This document shows positions 49,691 through 52,065 of a DNA stretch of 52,065 nucleotides, in pieces. The translations under genes and the position numbers were made by a program. The stretch spans positions 1-52,065 of the IMG/VR virus record IMGVR_UViG_3300023264_000002; one strand, written 5' to 3'. The notes under the pieces were generated by a model, which was given only the letters and a program-made list of their open reading frames with translations, did not search any database and was not told the DNA's origin. This stretch comes from a virus. Taxonomy: Duplodnaviria; Caudoviricetes. The stretch's first letter is position 1. Every line of letters starts with the position of its first letter.

Positions 49691-50286
49691 TTGTTAAAGA
49701 GGGTTGAGGCAGGTATATCCTACGTCTCGCTTTAACCGCCTAGCCAGCGCAAGCGGCTTATAATAGCGGCTCTGTCTGCCGCACTTGGTAGCGCCTTGCC
49801 GGTGCTATTCTCCTACCCCTTACAGGGTCGAGAATAAAGCTGGCGTACGGGTTAGCGGCCCTTGTCCTAACGATAGTAAGGGCAAGAATGGATGCACTCT
49901 AGGGAGTGATGAGGGAGGTAGCAATCTATCATCACGTCTAGCGTCCGCTTCTTTGCGGGTGACTAGTTTACCTGTAGTCCAACCTAGTCACGACAGTGGC
50001 GTCAAAAGGGGGGAGTGTATCTTAGACGAGGGCACCTTGCTGTGCCTACGTCATCCTGTTAAGCTGTAAGGTGAGGCAGGTGAGCGTAGGGTGACACACA
50101 GTTGATTGCATAAGTCCCGGTAGTAAACCCGGCCTTGTCACTGAATTACGCTACTCACTGTAGCGTTGAAGAGTGGTCTAGCTAAGCTGGTTACTTAGTG
50201 AAGCGGACAAATGATTAACCTAAAAGTCTGGCGAATAAATAAACGTCCACTCTTCTACCCTACAGTGACTAACCGGAGTTACTCCG
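49691..50286 (+). ncRNA. Candidate large (~600 nt) structured non-coding RNA
   Basis: No credible ORF; more than 10 local hairpins plus crossing long-range helices (see findings); strand inferred from neighbours. Confidence 0.6.
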
Positions 50287-50472
50287 ATGTATGAATATTT
50301 TCAATTGGCCGACGGTCAATGGGTTGTCACTAATAAAGTGACAGGTAATCTTCAAGAGAAAAAAGTTTTCTCAAACGGGAGATGGAGGTATTCCCTCTGT
50401 GAGTATTCGGATGTCAATGACTTGCTCATGGATTATCCGGGTGCAACTATCTGCAAGGAGATGATGCTATGA
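50287..50472 (+). CDS. Hypothetical early protein
   Basis: GGAG upstream; ORF track. Confidence 0.6.
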   Translation: MYEYFQLADGQWVVTNKVTGNLQEKKVFSNGRWRYSLCEYSDVNDLLMDYPGATICKEMML

Positions 50473-50575
50473 GTCTCCGTAATCGCCTCAATGACATGGG
50501 GATTGATGGACTCATGTGCGAAGAGCTTATCCGTGAGTACCTCGAACTCACTCGCATCGATCCATCCGTGGAGAT

Positions 50576-50767
50576 GTGGGCCTTTCTTCAAACAGTGAAG
50601 GACAGCATAAAATGATAATCGGTGCTCTCATCGGTGTCGTGTTCGTAACACTCATAAACAGCTATAAAGAGCATGTGGTGAACAACGTTATCTCTTTCAA
50701 ACATTTTGTCATTGACTGGGTCTTCTTCGGATCAGCAGGGGCATTGTTTGGATTTGTCCTTACTTAA
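50576..50767 (+). CDS. Small two-TM membrane protein (start probably at MIIGAL)
   Basis: Two hydrophobic segments. Confidence 0.55.
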   Translation: MGLSSNSEGQHKMIIGALIGVVFVTLINSYKEHVVNNVISFKHFVIDWVFFGSAGALFGFVLT

Positions 50768-51174
50768 AGTAATCTATCATCATCAACAATGGAGGAAACT
50801 ATGAAGTTGTTCAAACAGCGTCGCCGTGAACGAGCTCTTGCTCGTTTTGCCGTTCGTGCTCAACGTCCCGACGAAGAGGATGTTCAGTACGAAGCGTATC
50901 TTTTCCGCAAGAAAGCGGAGAAGGATTCTCTTGCTCAGACGAGGTCGGCGTGAATTGGCAAGGCTATCCTAGCGACGAGCCTTGTCGCGTTTGTGGGCTT
51001 CATAATGAAAATGAGATCGAGCCGCGCTTTGGCTACACTGTCTGCGCGGAACATAAAGACACACCTCCGGTAAAAATTCCGCCGAGGATTGTGGCTCGCA
51101 AGCATAAGAAGTAAGACCGGTTAGACCGTCGCCGGATTACAAGTACGGATGACCAGAAAAATGGAGTTGAGAAA

Positions 51175-51708
51175 ATGGAACTTAAGGCAATTAACAGGAA
51201 TATCGGTCTCGTCGCGAAGGCGGGAACGAAGTTCAATGAACTGGTGCAGACGACTGCCGTCGGCATTCTCGTTCATGCGCAGGCGACCGGCGATTGCACG
51301 GCTGCTCTGCGTCTCGTTCAGGCGATGCCGAAGTCGGCTCGTCGTGGACTTCTCATCAATTTCTTCGCGGCCTATTCGCCCATCGGCATGAACGTCGGCA
51401 CTGGCAAGGTGGCCTTTCACAAGCCGACGGCGAAGAGCTACAAACCCTTTGACATCGAGGGCGCGACCAACAATCCGTGGTACAACTCGGCAGAAGCGAA
51501 CAATGAGGACCTTCCGGATACCACGCTGGAACAGACCAACAAGATGATCTTCGGCCTCGCTTCGCGTCTTCAGAAGCAGCTCGACGAGGGTCATGTTGCG
51601 GCCAATGACCGTGAGACGGTGGCCGAACAGGTCGCTCAGCTCAAGGCGCTCGGGCGCACGGTTGCCAAGGTCGCTGCCCCGGCGGGGCCTGTCGCTATCG
51701 CCGCCTAA
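51175..51708 (+). CDS. Hypothetical early protein with GC-rich codon usage
   Basis: GGAG RBS; 177 aa; strong third-position C/G bias. Confidence 0.85.
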   Translation: MELKAINRNIGLVAKAGTKFNELVQTTAVGILVHAQATGDCTAALRLVQAMPKSARRGLLINFFAAYSPIGMNVGTGKVAFHKPTAKSYKPFDIEGATNNPWYNSAEANNEDLPDTTLEQTNKMIFGLASRLQKQLDEGHVAANDRETVAEQVAQLKALGRTVAKVAAPAGPVAIAA

Positions 51709-52065
51709 CATGAGATTATCTCTCTTTAGGCGTGGAAAAATCGTCGCCATCCTACCAGAAATAACCCCGGTTTGGAATGATCGAGATCAACTGGTAGGAT
51801 GGCGTTTAAGGTGGAAGATAATTCGAGAATAATCTATCTAAAAGATGGGGTCCTTGCACCGGATGTAAGGCTAAGTCATTTATAACGTGTGAGAAATGAG
51901 CCCCTAACAATCTATCATCATGCCGTGTGGCAAGTAGAGACCTGAGAAGGCGTCGTAAGGAGGCGGTATAATGCGTTGAAATGAAATAGGTCGTTAAGTT
52001 CAGCGGACGATCTTTGTTAGGAAAAAAGAGAGTAGATGTATTTAGGTTGTTAGAGGTGTTACAAG

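Noticed and set aside
49785-50069. 94-aa ORF inside the candidate large RNA
   Set aside because: TTG start without an RBS and an unprotein-like composition; base pairing explains the region better, though translation is not excluded

Overview
This window looks like a near-complete, circularly permuted genome of a lytic podovirus. Gene content and layout resemble the SIO1/Cobavirus (Zobellviridae) and LUZ24/phiEco32 types; the host cannot be determined from the sequence. There are two arms. The + arm (about 49.4 kb, wrapping through the window ends to 23.7 kb) carries small early genes, a phiEco32-like glutamine amidotransferase/amidoligase/ATP-grasp/GGCT cluster, a nucleotidyltransferase, primase-helicase, PolA, SSB, two tRNAs, nucleases, nucleotide-pool enzymes and a class II RNR. 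The - arm (48.6 to 23.7 kb) carries tailspike/fibre, terminase, portal, scaffold, capsid, tail, ejection proteins, endolysin and holin. I recognised no RNA polymerase or integrase, and perfect sigma70 promoters are present. The most unusual signals are non-coding: a ~600-nt densely paired, pseudoknotted candidate RNA (49.69-50.29 kb); a strongly over-represented motif AATCTATCAT(C) oriented with transcription; a promoter-to-terminator sRNA; Fur-like and sigma54 sites near the putative genome end; structured elements around the tRNAs; and an exact in-frame 31-bp duplication shared by the nucleotidyltransferase and PolA genes. All calls come from reading the sequence by eye; no searches or folding programs were run.
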